Virus record (IMG/VR): IMGVR_UViG_2718218131_000001
Length of the DNA: 47,087 nt
From: a virus
Taxonomy: Duplodnaviria > Heunggongvirae > Uroviricota > Caudoviricetes
Reading direction: 5' to 3' (one strand)
How positions within the stretch are numbered: the first letter of the stretch is position 1; every line of letters starts with the position of its first letter. The position numbers were made by a program, and so were the translations under genes. Positions 11,567 to 19,715 of this stretch are shown here, in pieces. The notes beneath the pieces are model-generated. The model did not search any database, was not told the origin of the DNA, and saw nothing but the letters and a program-made list of their open reading frames with translations.

Positions 11567-12271
11567 TCACGAACTTTTCAGCCACTCCCTTGCCTCGATG
11601 TCATCCAGATGGCGAGATTGCTTCAGAATACCAGCCACATACTCCACCTTTGCTACTTGATGATAAGGCAACGTTATTGGCCTGTGGTCCTGGTTGATGC
11701 TTGTAAATTGGTATTCTCCATCTCTGTCATAGCCAAGAACTTTGATCATGTTGTGTCCTTCAACAGTTCTGACAAACACCTCATCCCCCGGGAATACTTT
11801 GGTGTTAGGCTCAATGAGTACATATTCTCCTGATTTTATTCTGGGCCACATGCTGTCTCCTTTCACACGAAGACCAAAGGCATCTGGATCATCGCTATAA
11901 ATATTGAGCCACCCATCGCGCTCTTCGGTCATCTCGATGGCACCATCAACACCAAGAATTGCCTCACCAACCACGCGCACTAACCCTTTTCTTACCTGAC
12001 CGACAAAAGTTAAAGAATCTGAGCATGATGCAATTGGTGTTACATCATGTACCAAATCAAGCCACCCATTAGGTAACCCAAGTGCGGCTTCGAATTTTCT
12101 TGCTAGTTTATCCCCTATGTTTCGAGTGCTTTTTTCACCGGAGACTTGCGTGAGTTGAGAAGGGCTAACTCCAAGCTTATCGGCAAAGCTTGCATTAGTG
12201 TTACCCGCGATTTTTTTATGCTCATCTAGCAAAAACGCCAGATTCGATTTGCGAATATCTTTGTTTTCCAT
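11567..12271 (-). CDS. cI: CI-type prophage repressor (HTH + S24 LexA-like peptidase domain)
   Basis: 234-aa ORF; N-terminal HTH (FADKLGVSPSQLTQV), C-terminal autocleavage domain with GDSM serine and downstream lysine; divergent from lambda CI. Confidence 0.85.
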   Translation of the reverse strand: MENKDIRKSNLAFLLDEHKKIAGNTNASFADKLGVSPSQLTQVSGEKSTRNIGDKLARKFEAALGLPNGWLDLVHDVTPIASCSDSLTFVGQVRKGLVRVVGEAILGVDGAIEMTEERDGWLNIYSDDPDAFGLRVKGDSMWPRIKSGEYVLIEPNTKVFPGDEVFVRTVEGHNMIKVLGYDRDGEYQFTSINQDHRPITLPYHQVAKVEYVAGILKQSRHLDDIEAREWLKSS

Positions 12272-12293
12272 CCCACGATTCTCCCTCTATTTA

Positions 12294-12356
12294 GCAAATG
12301 GATAAATATGCATTTTGATAAATCTTCATTGCGTTTTATTTATCAAAATGGTAAAG
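12294..12356. promoter_or_regulatory. oR operator cluster with pR
   Basis: Three AAATG(G)ATAAA-type sites including the inverted pair CATTTTGATAAA / TTTATCAAAATG; plus-strand TTGCGT-17 nt-TAAAGT facing cro. Confidence 0.5.
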
Positions 12357-12384
12357 TCGCTCTGTGTGATAAACGGAGGCACTA

Positions 12385-12618
12385 ATGAGTAATGAACTAC
12401 TACGCTGGCGAAAAGAGGCTTCTAGTGAGGAATGGAAGCGACTCGCCGCATTAGCGAATACTTCAGTTGGCTATCTTGATCAGATTGCATATGGGTTTCG
12501 AAGAGCTTCCCCAGATAAAGCGAATGCAATCGAAGAAGCCACTCGTAATTTCACGGGTTATAAACCTGTGAAAAAGGAAAATCTGGTGTTCGTATCGCGT
12601 AGAGCATCAGCAGCATAA
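12385..12618 (+). CDS. cro: Cro-like HTH regulator
   Basis: 77-aa ORF divergent from cI across the operator region; GGAGG RBS; HTH-like WKRLAALANTSVGYLDQIAYG. Confidence 0.65.
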   Translation: MSNELLRWRKEASSEEWKRLAALANTSVGYLDQIAYGFRRASPDKANAIEEATRNFTGYKPVKKENLVFVSRRASAA

Positions 12619-12625
12619 GTAACCC

Positions 12626-12671
12626 CGCTCTTTGTAACAACGGACATTCGTCCTACGTCGCTGAAAAGCGA
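12626..12671 (+). promoter_or_regulatory. nutR-like site (boxA CGCTCTTTG, boxB CGCTGAAAAGCG)
   Basis: boxA-like sequence then a small hairpin with TGAAAA loop between cro and cII. Confidence 0.45.
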
Positions 12672-12756
12672 GTTCCAAGATATCTGACCAACTAAGGCCA
12701 TATGCGTTTCCACGCATACCTTTCAACTAGCTATTCACTATTGGAAATCTTAAGAA

Positions 12757-13053
12757 ATGGAACAAACAAGTTACAGCAAACTATCACAGCGTGATGTTGA
12801 TCGCGCAGAAACAGATTTACTTATCAACCTGTCAACGCTTACCCAGCGCGGTCTGGCAAAGATGATTGGCTGTCATGAATCGAAGATAAGCAGAACGGAC
12901 TGGAGATTTATTGCTTCGGTCTTGTGTGCTTTCGGAATGGCATCAGACATCAGTCCGATTAGCAGGGCTTTTAAGTATGCGCTTGATGAAATCACAAAGA
13001 AAAAATCCCCGGTGGCCGCCGGGGACTCTAAGCAAATTGATATGCAATTCTGA
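12757..13053 (+). CDS. cII: CII-like transcriptional activator
   Basis: 98-aa ORF; HTH region and C-terminus KKKSPVAAGDSKQIDMQF parallel lambda CII. Confidence 0.8.
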   Translation: MEQTSYSKLSQRDVDRAETDLLINLSTLTQRGLAKMIGCHESKISRTDWRFIASVLCAFGMASDISPISRAFKYALDEITKKKSPVAAGDSKQIDMQF

Positions 13054-13085
13054 GGGAATTACTGGATCAATCCACAGGAGTCATT

Positions 13086-13957
13086 ATGACAAATACAGCA
13101 AAAATACTCAACTTCGGCAGAGGTAACTTTGCCGAACAGGAGCGTAATGTGGCAGATCTCGATGATGGTTACGCCAGACTATCAAATATGCTGATTGAGG
13201 CTTATTCAGGCGCAGATCTGACCAAGCGACAGTTTAAAGTGCTGCTTGCCATTCTGCGTAAAACCTATGGGTGGAATAAACCAATGGACAGAATCACCGA
13301 TTCTCAACTTAGCGAGATTACAAAGTTACCTGTCAAACGGTGCAATGAAGCCAAGTTAGAACTCGTCAGAATGAATATTATCAAGCAGCAAGGCGGCATG
13401 TTTGGACCAAATAAAAACATCTCAGAATGGTGCATCCCTCAAAACGAGGGAGGTTCCCCTAAAATGAGGGACATCCCTCAAAACAGGGGGACACAAAAGA
13501 CACTATTACAAAAGAAAAAAGAAAAGATTATTCGTCCGAGAATTCTGGCGAATCCTCTGACCAGCCAGAAAACGATCTTTCTGTGGTTAAACCGGATGCT
13601 GCAATTCAGAGCGGCAGCAAGTGGGGAACAGCAGAAGACCTGACCGCCGCAGAGTGGATGTTTGACATGGTGAAGACCATCGCACCATCAGCCAGAAAAC
13701 CGAATTTTGCAGGGTGGGCTAACGATATCCGCCTGATGCGTGAACGTGACGGACGTAACCACCGCGATATGTGTGTGCTTTTCCGCTGGGCCTGCCAGGA
13801 CAACTTCTGGTCCGGTAACGTGCTGAGTCCGGCCAAACTCCGCGACAAGTGGACCCAGCTCGAAATCAACCGTAACAAGCAACAGGCAGGCGTGACAGCC
13901 AGCAAACCAAAACTCGACCTGACAAACACTGACTGGATTTACGGGGTGGATTTATGA
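13086..13957 (+). pseudogene. O: Replication initiator O, split across two frames in the iteron region
   Basis: Track ORF 13086..13643 matches lambda O N-terminal domain; track ORF 13583..13957 in another frame matches the O C-terminal domain; frame changes at the iterons. Confidence 0.7.
13435..13491. repeat. ori iterons (three TCCCTCAAAACGAGGGA-type repeats) inside O
   Basis: TCCCTCAAAACGAGGGA, TCCCCTAAAATGAGGGA and TCCCTCAAAACAGGGGGA at about 20-bp spacing, followed by an A-rich stretch. Confidence 0.75.
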
Positions 13958-14655
13958 AAAACATCGCCGCACAGATGGTTAACTTTGACCGTGAGCAGAT
14001 GCGTCGGATCGCCAACAACATGCCGGAACAGTACGACGAAAAGCCGCAGGTACAACAGGTAGCGCAGATCATCAACGGTGTGTTCAGCCAGTTACTGGCA
14101 ACTTTCCCGGCGAGCCTGGCTAACCGTGACCAGAACGAACTGAACGAAATCCGCCGCCAGTGGGTTCTGGCTTTCCGGGAAAACGGGATCACCACAATGG
14201 AACAGGTTAACGCAGGAATGCGCGTAGCCCGTCGGCAGAATCGACCATTCCTGCCATCACCCGGGCAGTTTGTTGCATGGTGCCGGGAAGAAGCATCCGT
14301 TATCGCCGGACTGCCAAACGTCAGCGAGCTGGTTGATATGGTTTACGAGTATTGCCGGAAGCGAGGCCTGTATCCGGATGCGGAGTCTTATCCGTGGAAA
14401 TCAAACGCGCACTACTGGCTGGTTACCAACCTGTATCAGAACATGCGGGCCAATGCGCTTACTGATGCGGAATTACGCCGTAAGGCCGCAGATGAGCTTG
14501 TCCATATGACTGCGAGAATTAACCGTGGTGAGGCGATCCCTGAACCAGTAAAACAACTTCCTGTCATGGGCGGTAGACCTCTAAATCGTGCACAGGCTCT
14601 GGCGAAGATCGCAGAACTCAAAGCTAAGTTCGGACTGAAAGGAGCAAGTGTATGA
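13954..14655 (+). CDS. P: Replication protein P (DnaB helicase loader)
   Basis: 233-aa ORF MKNIAAQMVNFDREQMRRIANNMPEQYDEKPQVQQVAQ... matches lambda P. Confidence 0.95.
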   Translation: MKNIAAQMVNFDREQMRRIANNMPEQYDEKPQVQQVAQIINGVFSQLLATFPASLANRDQNELNEIRRQWVLAFRENGITTMEQVNAGMRVARRQNRPFLPSPGQFVAWCREEASVIAGLPNVSELVDMVYEYCRKRGLYPDAESYPWKSNAHYWLVTNLYQNMRANALTDAELRRKAADELVHMTARINRGEAIPEPVKQLPVMGGRPLNRAQALAKIAELKAKFGLKGASV

Positions 14656-14942
14656 CGGGCAAAGAGGCAATTATTCATTACCTGGGGACGCATAATAGCT
14701 TCTGTGCGCCGGACGTTGCCGCGCTAACAGGCGCAACAGTAACCAGCATAAATCAGGCCGCGGCTAAAATGGCACGGGCAGGTCTTCTGGTTATCGAAGG
14801 TAAGGTCTGGCGAACGGTGTATTACCGGTTTGCTACCAAGGAAGAACGGGAAGGAAAGATGAGCACGAACCTAATTTTTAAGGAGTGTCGCCAGAGTGCC
14901 GCGATGAAACGGGTATTGGCGGTATATGGAGTTAAAAGATGA
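14652..14942 (+). CDS. ren: Ren (Rex-exclusion resistance protein)
   Basis: 96-aa ORF MTGKEAIIHYLGTHNSFCAPDVAALTGATVTSINQAAAKM... matches lambda Ren. Confidence 0.9.
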   Translation: MTGKEAIIHYLGTHNSFCAPDVAALTGATVTSINQAAAKMARAGLLVIEGKVWRTVYYRFATKEEREGKMSTNLIFKECRQSAAMKRVLAVYGVKR

Positions 14943-14967
14943 CCATCTACATCACTGAGCTAATAAC

Positions 14968-14999
14968 AGGCCTGCTGGTAATCGCAGGCCTTTTTATTT
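14968..14999 (+). terminator. tR2-like rho-independent terminator
   Basis: Hairpin AGGCCTGC-(8 nt)-GCAGGCCT followed by TTTTTATTT directly after ren. Confidence 0.55.
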
Positions 15000-15014
15000 G
15001 GGGGAGAGTAAATC

Positions 15015-15221
15015 GTGGTTGAGTTGATTTTTTCTGCATTGAGGATTCTCGGTGCTATGTGGATGGTGGCGACGTTCATTGTGGTTGCCAGCAGTTTTGT
15101 CCGGCTGGTAGGCGAAGGTAAAGACCTGGTTGGTGTGCTTTTCGGTAGCATTTTCCTGTGGGTGATTATCGGTGTTGCGCCTGTCGCTGTAGCAAAAATG
15201 GCGTGGCGTTTTGTGAGTTGA
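15015..15221 (+). CDS. Small hydrophobic hypothetical protein
   Basis: 68-aa ORF, GTG start, two hydrophobic segments; coding status uncertain. Confidence 0.3.
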   Translation: MVELIFSALRILGAMWMVATFIVVASSFVRLVGEGKDLVGVLFGSIFLWVIIGVAPVAVAKMAWRFVS

Positions 15222-15222
15222 G

Positions 15223-15675
15223 GTGACAATGAAGCAAATATACATGCTTCGCAACGAAGCAATCAGAAACAACGCCATAGACGCAATACTCTCACTTCCG
15301 ATCGACGACAAGTCACCTCACGAAGTCCACATTAAAGAACCAAAGCGGAGCAATCCTCAAAACCGCCTTATGTGGGCGTTATTGCAGGACGTATCACGTC
15401 AGGTGCTTTGGCATGGACAGAGACTTGCGCCGGAGGACTGGAAAGACCTGTTCACTGCCCTGTGGCTTAAGACCAAAAAACTGGAGCAACGAAGTGTGCC
15501 TGGTATCGATGGTGGCGTTGTCATGCTTGGCGTGCGTACCAGCAAAATGCGAAAGGCCAGCATGACTGAGCTTATCGAAATCATGTTTTGGTTCGGCTCA
15601 GAGCGCAACGTGCGGTGGAGTGATGACTCCCGGCGAGAGTATGAATGGTCACAACGAAAAGGTAGGGCTGCATGA
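15223..15675 (+). CDS. ninB: NinB recombination protein
   Basis: 150-aa ORF with conserved NinB core (DVSRQVLWHG...). Confidence 0.8.
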   Translation: MTMKQIYMLRNEAIRNNAIDAILSLPIDDKSPHEVHIKEPKRSNPQNRLMWALLQDVSRQVLWHGQRLAPEDWKDLFTALWLKTKKLEQRSVPGIDGGVVMLGVRTSKMRKASMTELIEIMFWFGSERNVRWSDDSRREYEWSQRKGRAA

Positions 15676-16199
15676 CTATCAAATCAAATACACCAGCACA
15701 CGACAAGGACTGCTGGCAAACGCCGCTTTGGCTTTTTGATGCGCTGGATATTGAGTTTGGATTCTGGCTGGATTCAGCTGCGAGCGACAAAAATGCTCTG
15801 TGCGCTCACTGGCTAACTGAGGCCGACGACGCACTCAATTCTGAGTGGATAAGCCACGGTGCAATCTGGAATAACCCACCGTACAGCAATATCAGGCCGT
15901 GGGTGGAAAAAGCCGCTGAGCAGTGCATACAACAGCGACAGACGGTAGTGATGCTTGTGCCAGAGGATATGTCTGTCGGATGGTTCAGCAAGGCTCTGGA
16001 GAGTGTTGACGAAGTTCGCATTATCACTGATGGACGGATTAATTTTATCGAACCATCGACAGGGCTGGAGAAGAAGGGAAACAGTAAAGGCTCCATGCTG
16101 CTGATTTGGCGACCGTTCATCAGTCCTCGACGGATGTTTACTACCGTATCCAAAGCGGCATTGATGGCGATCGGGCAGGGCGTCAGGAGGGCGGCATGA
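15672..16199 (+). CDS. Phage DNA N6-adenine methyltransferase
   Basis: 175-aa ORF with NPPY catalytic motif (IWNNPPYSN); occupies the ninC position. Confidence 0.8.
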   Translation: MTIKSNTPAHDKDCWQTPLWLFDALDIEFGFWLDSAASDKNALCAHWLTEADDALNSEWISHGAIWNNPPYSNIRPWVEKAAEQCIQQRQTVVMLVPEDMSVGWFSKALESVDEVRIITDGRINFIEPSTGLEKKGNSKGSMLLIWRPFISPRRMFTTVSKAALMAIGQGVRRAA

Positions 16200-16378
16200 G
16201 GCGACAGCGACGAAGTTTCACCGACATCATCTGCGAAAACTGCAAATACCTTCCAACGAAACGCTACAGAAATAAACGCAAGCCAATCCCAAAAGAATCT
16301 GACGTAAAAACCTTCAATAACACGGCTCACCTGTGGGATATCCGGTGGCTAAGAAATCGTGCGAGGAAAACAAGGTGA
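16196..16378 (+). CDS. ninE: NinE protein
   Basis: 60-aa [63 protein letters not shown] matches lambda NinE. Confidence 0.8.
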   Translation: MRRQRRSFTDIICENCKYLPTKRYRNKRKPIPKESDVKTFNNTAHLWDIRWLRNRARKTR

Positions 16379-16545
16379 TTGACCAAAATCGAAGTTACGA
16401 ACAAGAAAGCGTCGAGCGAGCTTTAACGTGCGCTAACTGCGGTCAGAAGCTGCATGTGCTGGAAGTTCACGTATGTGAGCACTGCTGCGCAGAACTGATG
16501 AGCGATCCGAATAGCTCAATGTACGAGGAAGAAGACGATGAGTGA
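16375..16545 (+). CDS. ninF: NinF protein
   Basis: C-terminal 56 codons of track ORF 16333..16545 ([47 protein letters not shown]) match lambda NinF; start GTG 16375 or ATG 16333. Confidence 0.6.
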   Translation: MIDQNRSYEQESVERALTCANCGQKLHVLEVHVCEHCCAELMSDPNSSMYEEEDDE

Positions 16546-16807
16546 TTTCTCTGAGCTTATTTCCTTCAAAAAAGACAGAGAAGAAATGCGGACTGAATCT
16601 GTCTATTACGTTCAACACCGGAATAAACGCTCGGTGCTTGATCAGGAGTTGGTTATTACCGGAGACCTGGCATTCAGAACATATAAGGCCAGCATGGAAA
16701 TGAAGGATTTCCCTAAATGTGGTTCTGAAAGAGAAGCTGCGTTAAAGCTGGCTGAGTGGATGCAGAGAATGGCTGCTGCAATTGAGAATTACTGGAGTGA
16801 ACCATAA
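16538..16807 (+). CDS. Hypothetical nin-region protein
   Basis: 89-aa ORF, overlapping stop/start with neighbours; family not recognised. Confidence 0.5.
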   Translation: MSDFSELISFKKDREEMRTESVYYVQHRNKRSVLDQELVITGDLAFRTYKASMEMKDFPKCGSEREAALKLAEWMQRMAAAIENYWSEP

Positions 16808-17097
16808 TGGCTAACCTACGCAAAGAAGCGCGCGGCAGAGAATGCCAGGTACGTATTTACGGCGTATGCAATGGCAATCCTGAAACTACAGTTCTGGCAC
16901 ATTACCGGATGGCTGGAATTTGCGGAACGGGAATGAAGCCTGACGACCTGATCGGCGCATGGGCTTGTAGCGCGTGTCACGATGAAATCGACCGACGCAC
17001 AATGATTATCGACAACAAAGATGCCAGACTTTACCACCTCGAAGGCGTGATCAGGACGCAGGCGATACTGCTGAAGGAGGGGAAGATTAAGTCATGA
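16807..17097 (+). CDS. Cys-rich hypothetical protein (DUF1364-like)
   Basis: 96-aa ORF with CQVRIYGVC ... CSACHDE cysteine motifs; resembles small zinc-binding nin-region proteins. Confidence 0.5.
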   Translation: MANLRKEARGRECQVRIYGVCNGNPETTVLAHYRMAGICGTGMKPDDLIGAWACSACHDEIDRRTMIIDNKDARLYHLEGVIRTQAILLKEGKIKS

Positions 17098-17456
17098 ACG
17101 AATATCAGTTTGTGCTTCCATACCCGCCGTCGTTGAATACCTACTGGCGAAGACGGGGAAGCCAATACTACATCAGCGATAAAGGCCAGAAATACCGAAA
17201 AGACGTTCAGCAAATCATCCACCAACTCAAGTTAGATATTTTCACCAAATCACGACTCCGCATCAAAGTCATCGCAGACGTTCCAGACTCCCGCCGCCGC
17301 GACCTCGATAACATCCTGAAAGGTTTACTCGACTCCCTTATCCACGCCGGATTTGCGGAAGACGACGAGCAATTCGATGACATTCGCGTAATTCGTGGTG
17401 TGAAAGTACCAGGCGGAAGGCTTGGAATAAAAATCACCGAACTGGAGAACGCATGA
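17094..17456 (+). CDS. rusA: Holliday junction resolvase RusA
   Basis: 120-aa ORF with RRRDLDNILKGLLDSL catalytic aspartate region typical of RusA. Confidence 0.85.
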   Translation: MNEYQFVLPYPPSLNTYWRRRGSQYYISDKGQKYRKDVQQIIHQLKLDIFTKSRLRIKVIADVPDSRRRDLDNILKGLLDSLIHAGFAEDDEQFDDIRVIRGVKVPGGRLGIKITELENA

Positions 17457-17641
17457 ACGCCACAATTCAAACGATACCAGAGCTTCTTATCCATACACGA
17501 GGCAATCAGACCGAAGTGGCAAGGATGCTTTCCTGCGCAAGAGGAACAGTGCTCAAGTACAACCGAGACAGCAAAGGCGAGCGTCATGTAATAGTTAACG
17601 GCGTCCTGATGGTCAAACAGGGCAAGAGGGGAAGACGATGA
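17453..17641 (+). CDS. ninH: NinH-like protein
   Basis: 62-aa ORF ...GNQTEVARMLSCARGTVLKY... parallels lambda NinH. Confidence 0.6.
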   Translation: MNATIQTIPELLIHTRGNQTEVARMLSCARGTVLKYNRDSKGERHVIVNGVLMVKQGKRGRR

Positions 17642-18261
17642 GACTCGAAAGCGTAGCTAAATTTCATTCGCCAAAAAGCCCGATGATGAGCGACTCACCA
17701 CGGGCCACGGCTTCTGACTCTCTTTCCGGTACTGATGTGATGGCTGCTATGGGGATGGCACAATCACAGGCCGGATTCGGTATGGCTGCATTCTGCGGTA
17801 AGCATGAACTCAGCCAGAACGACAAACAAAAGGCTATCAACTATCTGATGCAATTTGCACACAAGGTATCGGGGAAATACCGTGGTGTGGCAAAGCTCGA
17901 AGGAAATACTAAGGCAAAGGTACTGCAAGTGCTCGCAACATTCGCTTATGCGGATTATTGCCGTAGTGCCGCTACGCCGGGCGCAAGATGCAGAGATTGC
18001 CACGGTACAGGCCGTGCGGTTGATATAGCCAAAACAGAGCAGTGGGGGATAGTTGCTGAGAAAGAGTGCGGAAGATGTAAAGGCGTCGGTTATTCAAGAA
18101 TGCCAGCAAGCGCCGCATATCGCGCTGTGACGATGCTAATCCCAAACCTTACCCAACCCACCTGGTCACGCACTGTTAAGCCGCTGTATGACGCTCTGGT
18201 TGTGCAATGCCACAAGGAAGAGTCAATCGCAGACAACATTTTGAATGCGATCACACGTTAG
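17638..18261 (+). CDS. Q: Late-gene antiterminator Q
   Basis: 207-aa ORF MRLESVAKFHSPKSPMMSDSPRATASDSLSGTDVMAAMG... matches lambda Q including zinc-finger cysteines. Confidence 0.95.
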   Translation: MRLESVAKFHSPKSPMMSDSPRATASDSLSGTDVMAAMGMAQSQAGFGMAAFCGKHELSQNDKQKAINYLMQFAHKVSGKYRGVAKLEGNTKAKVLQVLATFAYADYCRSAATPGARCRDCHGTGRAVDIAKTEQWGIVAEKECGRCKGVGYSRMPASAAYRAVTMLIPNLTQPTWSRTVKPLYDALVVQCHKEESIADNILNAITR

Positions 18262-18303
18262 CGCCATGATTGCCACGGATGGCAACATATTAACGGCATA
18301 ATA

Positions 18304-18332
18304 TTGACTTTTTGAATAACTTTGGGGAAACT
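18304..18332 (+). promoter_or_regulatory. pR' late promoter
   Basis: TTGACT-17 nt-GAAACT directly downstream of Q; aligns with the recalled lambda pR' (TTGACT...TAAATT); similarity to lambda ends just after it. Confidence 0.5.
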
Positions 18333-18540
18333 TGACACCAATAATGGGCGTTTTTTACATGTCATTGATGAGTCTCAATAACCTGCCGCCGAGTAGTTTT
18401 TATGCTCTGAATTGTATTTGTGTAGTAAACATGCTGACTGCAATGTAATAGAGTTTTTTTAGCCTGTAACCTCTTGACGGCATTGAATTGCTTTTGTTAT
18501 GAGTTGTAAGCCAATGTTATCATCTTGTATTGGGGTGGTT

Positions 18541-19011
18541 ATGAAGGATGGTGCGCTGCTCAGGAGTTCTTCACTTTTTATTGCCTACATGGGATGCCTT
18601 GGATGGGGGAGTGCTTATTTCTATGGATGGGGTACTTCTTTTTACTACGGCTTCCCATGGTGGATTGTAGGTGCAGGTGTTGATGATGTTGCCAGAAGTT
18701 TATTTTTTGCAGTTATCGTCATTGCTATATTTCTTATCGGTTGGGGTATTGGTGTTGTATTCTTTTTCGCAGTGAAAAGAAAACATTCTATGCAAGAGCT
18801 AAATGTATTTCGCCTTTATTTTGCTGTGGAATTATTGTTTGTGCCGGCAATTATTGAGTTTTCTATATTGAGACAGAAGATTCAGGTACCTCTTTTGCTA
18901 CTGTCAGCAGCGATTGCGCTGGCGGTTACAATTTCGATAAGATCTTATGGGCGATTTTTATCGGTATCATGCTTCTATGATAAGCCATTTATAAAAAAAA
19001 CATTTTTTTGA
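18541..19011 (+). CDS. Multi-pass membrane protein (W/G/F-rich), first ORF of the pR'-proximal cassette
   Basis: Track ORF 18499..19011; start placed at ATG 18541 with GGGGTGG upstream; about 4 predicted TM helices; very AT-rich. Confidence 0.5.
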   Translation: MKDGALLRSSSLFIAYMGCLGWGSAYFYGWGTSFYYGFPWWIVGAGVDDVARSLFFAVIVIAIFLIGWGIGVVFFFAVKRKHSMQELNVFRLYFAVELLFVPAIIEFSILRQKIQVPLLLLSAAIALAVTISIRSYGRFLSVSCFYDKPFIKKTFF

Positions 19012-19015
19012 GATT

Positions 19016-19210
19016 GTGATGATTGCTTTTGTGGCATATTTCTGGCTTTTTTCATTTCTGACAGGATATTACAAACCACAGTTTAAGAAAGAATATGAAA
19101 TGATTAATTATAATGATGGTTGGTATTATGTTCTTGCTCGTTATGATAATTGTCTGGTTTTGTCTACTTCTTTCAATGCAGGTAGTAAAAGGTTTGTCAT
19201 TTATCAATAA
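19016..19210 (+). CDS. Small hydrophobic protein, possibly the displaced C-terminus of the upstream membrane protein
   Basis: 64-aa ORF starting 5 nt after the upstream stop, +1 frame; one hydrophobic helix; joins the upstream ORF if the A8 tract at 18993..19000 loses one base. Confidence 0.4.
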   Translation: MMIAFVAYFWLFSFLTGYYKPQFKKEYEMINYNDGWYYVLARYDNCLVLSTSFNAGSKRFVIYQ

Positions 19211-19688
19211 GCACAAGATAAGAATCTTCAGGTTGATATTGTAAGGACCAGAATTTAATTGGCTGCATAAATAATATTTTAAGTTGCAAGTTGGCTATTC
19301 GTAGGAATAGAACCTTAGGCATGCTGAATGCGTTTTCTGAACATTGTTTTATAAACTGTGTCTGCTTGCTGTTGTGATCCTGCTTTTAGTGATGGTGATG
19401 ATGGATTTCACCAGCAGGATAATGTTGGTACTGACTGATGGCGCTCTGGTCTGCGGCATTGTGGTATTGCTGTGGCCGATGATGAAAGAACAGAATGAAT
19501 AATTCTTGACTTTTTTGTTTACTGTTTATTAAAAAATCAACCGCATGGTGAATCCTCCTTGGAGGGGCTAAATGATCGAGTTTTAAGGGCACGTAGCGAG
19601 TTCTGTTTGATCATTGCAGAACTTAGCGGGAGGCGCCATGCGTACATCACTAATGTTATTTCCTTCTATCATTTTCCTTGTGAGTTCT

Positions 19689-19715
19689 GGCTGCGCATGG
19701 CGCGGCCTTTTTTTT
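19689..19715 (+). terminator. Strong rho-independent terminator in the late leader (tR'-like position)
   Basis: 8-bp GC-rich stem GGCTGCGC / GCGCGGCC with one G-U pair, followed by T8. Confidence 0.6.

Noticed and set aside
11045-11833. Plus-strand ORFs (11045..11368, 11494..11697, 11501..11833) in the immunity region
   Set aside because: They overlap, in antisense, the 120-aa cassette gene and the cI gene, both of which have proper start signals; most likely spurious.
19386-19592. 68-aa minus-strand ORF ending in a His5 run
   Set aside because: The His run is the reverse complement of a GTGATGGTGATGATGG stretch; no RBS; overlaps a more plausible plus-strand small hydrophobic ORF; likely non-coding.
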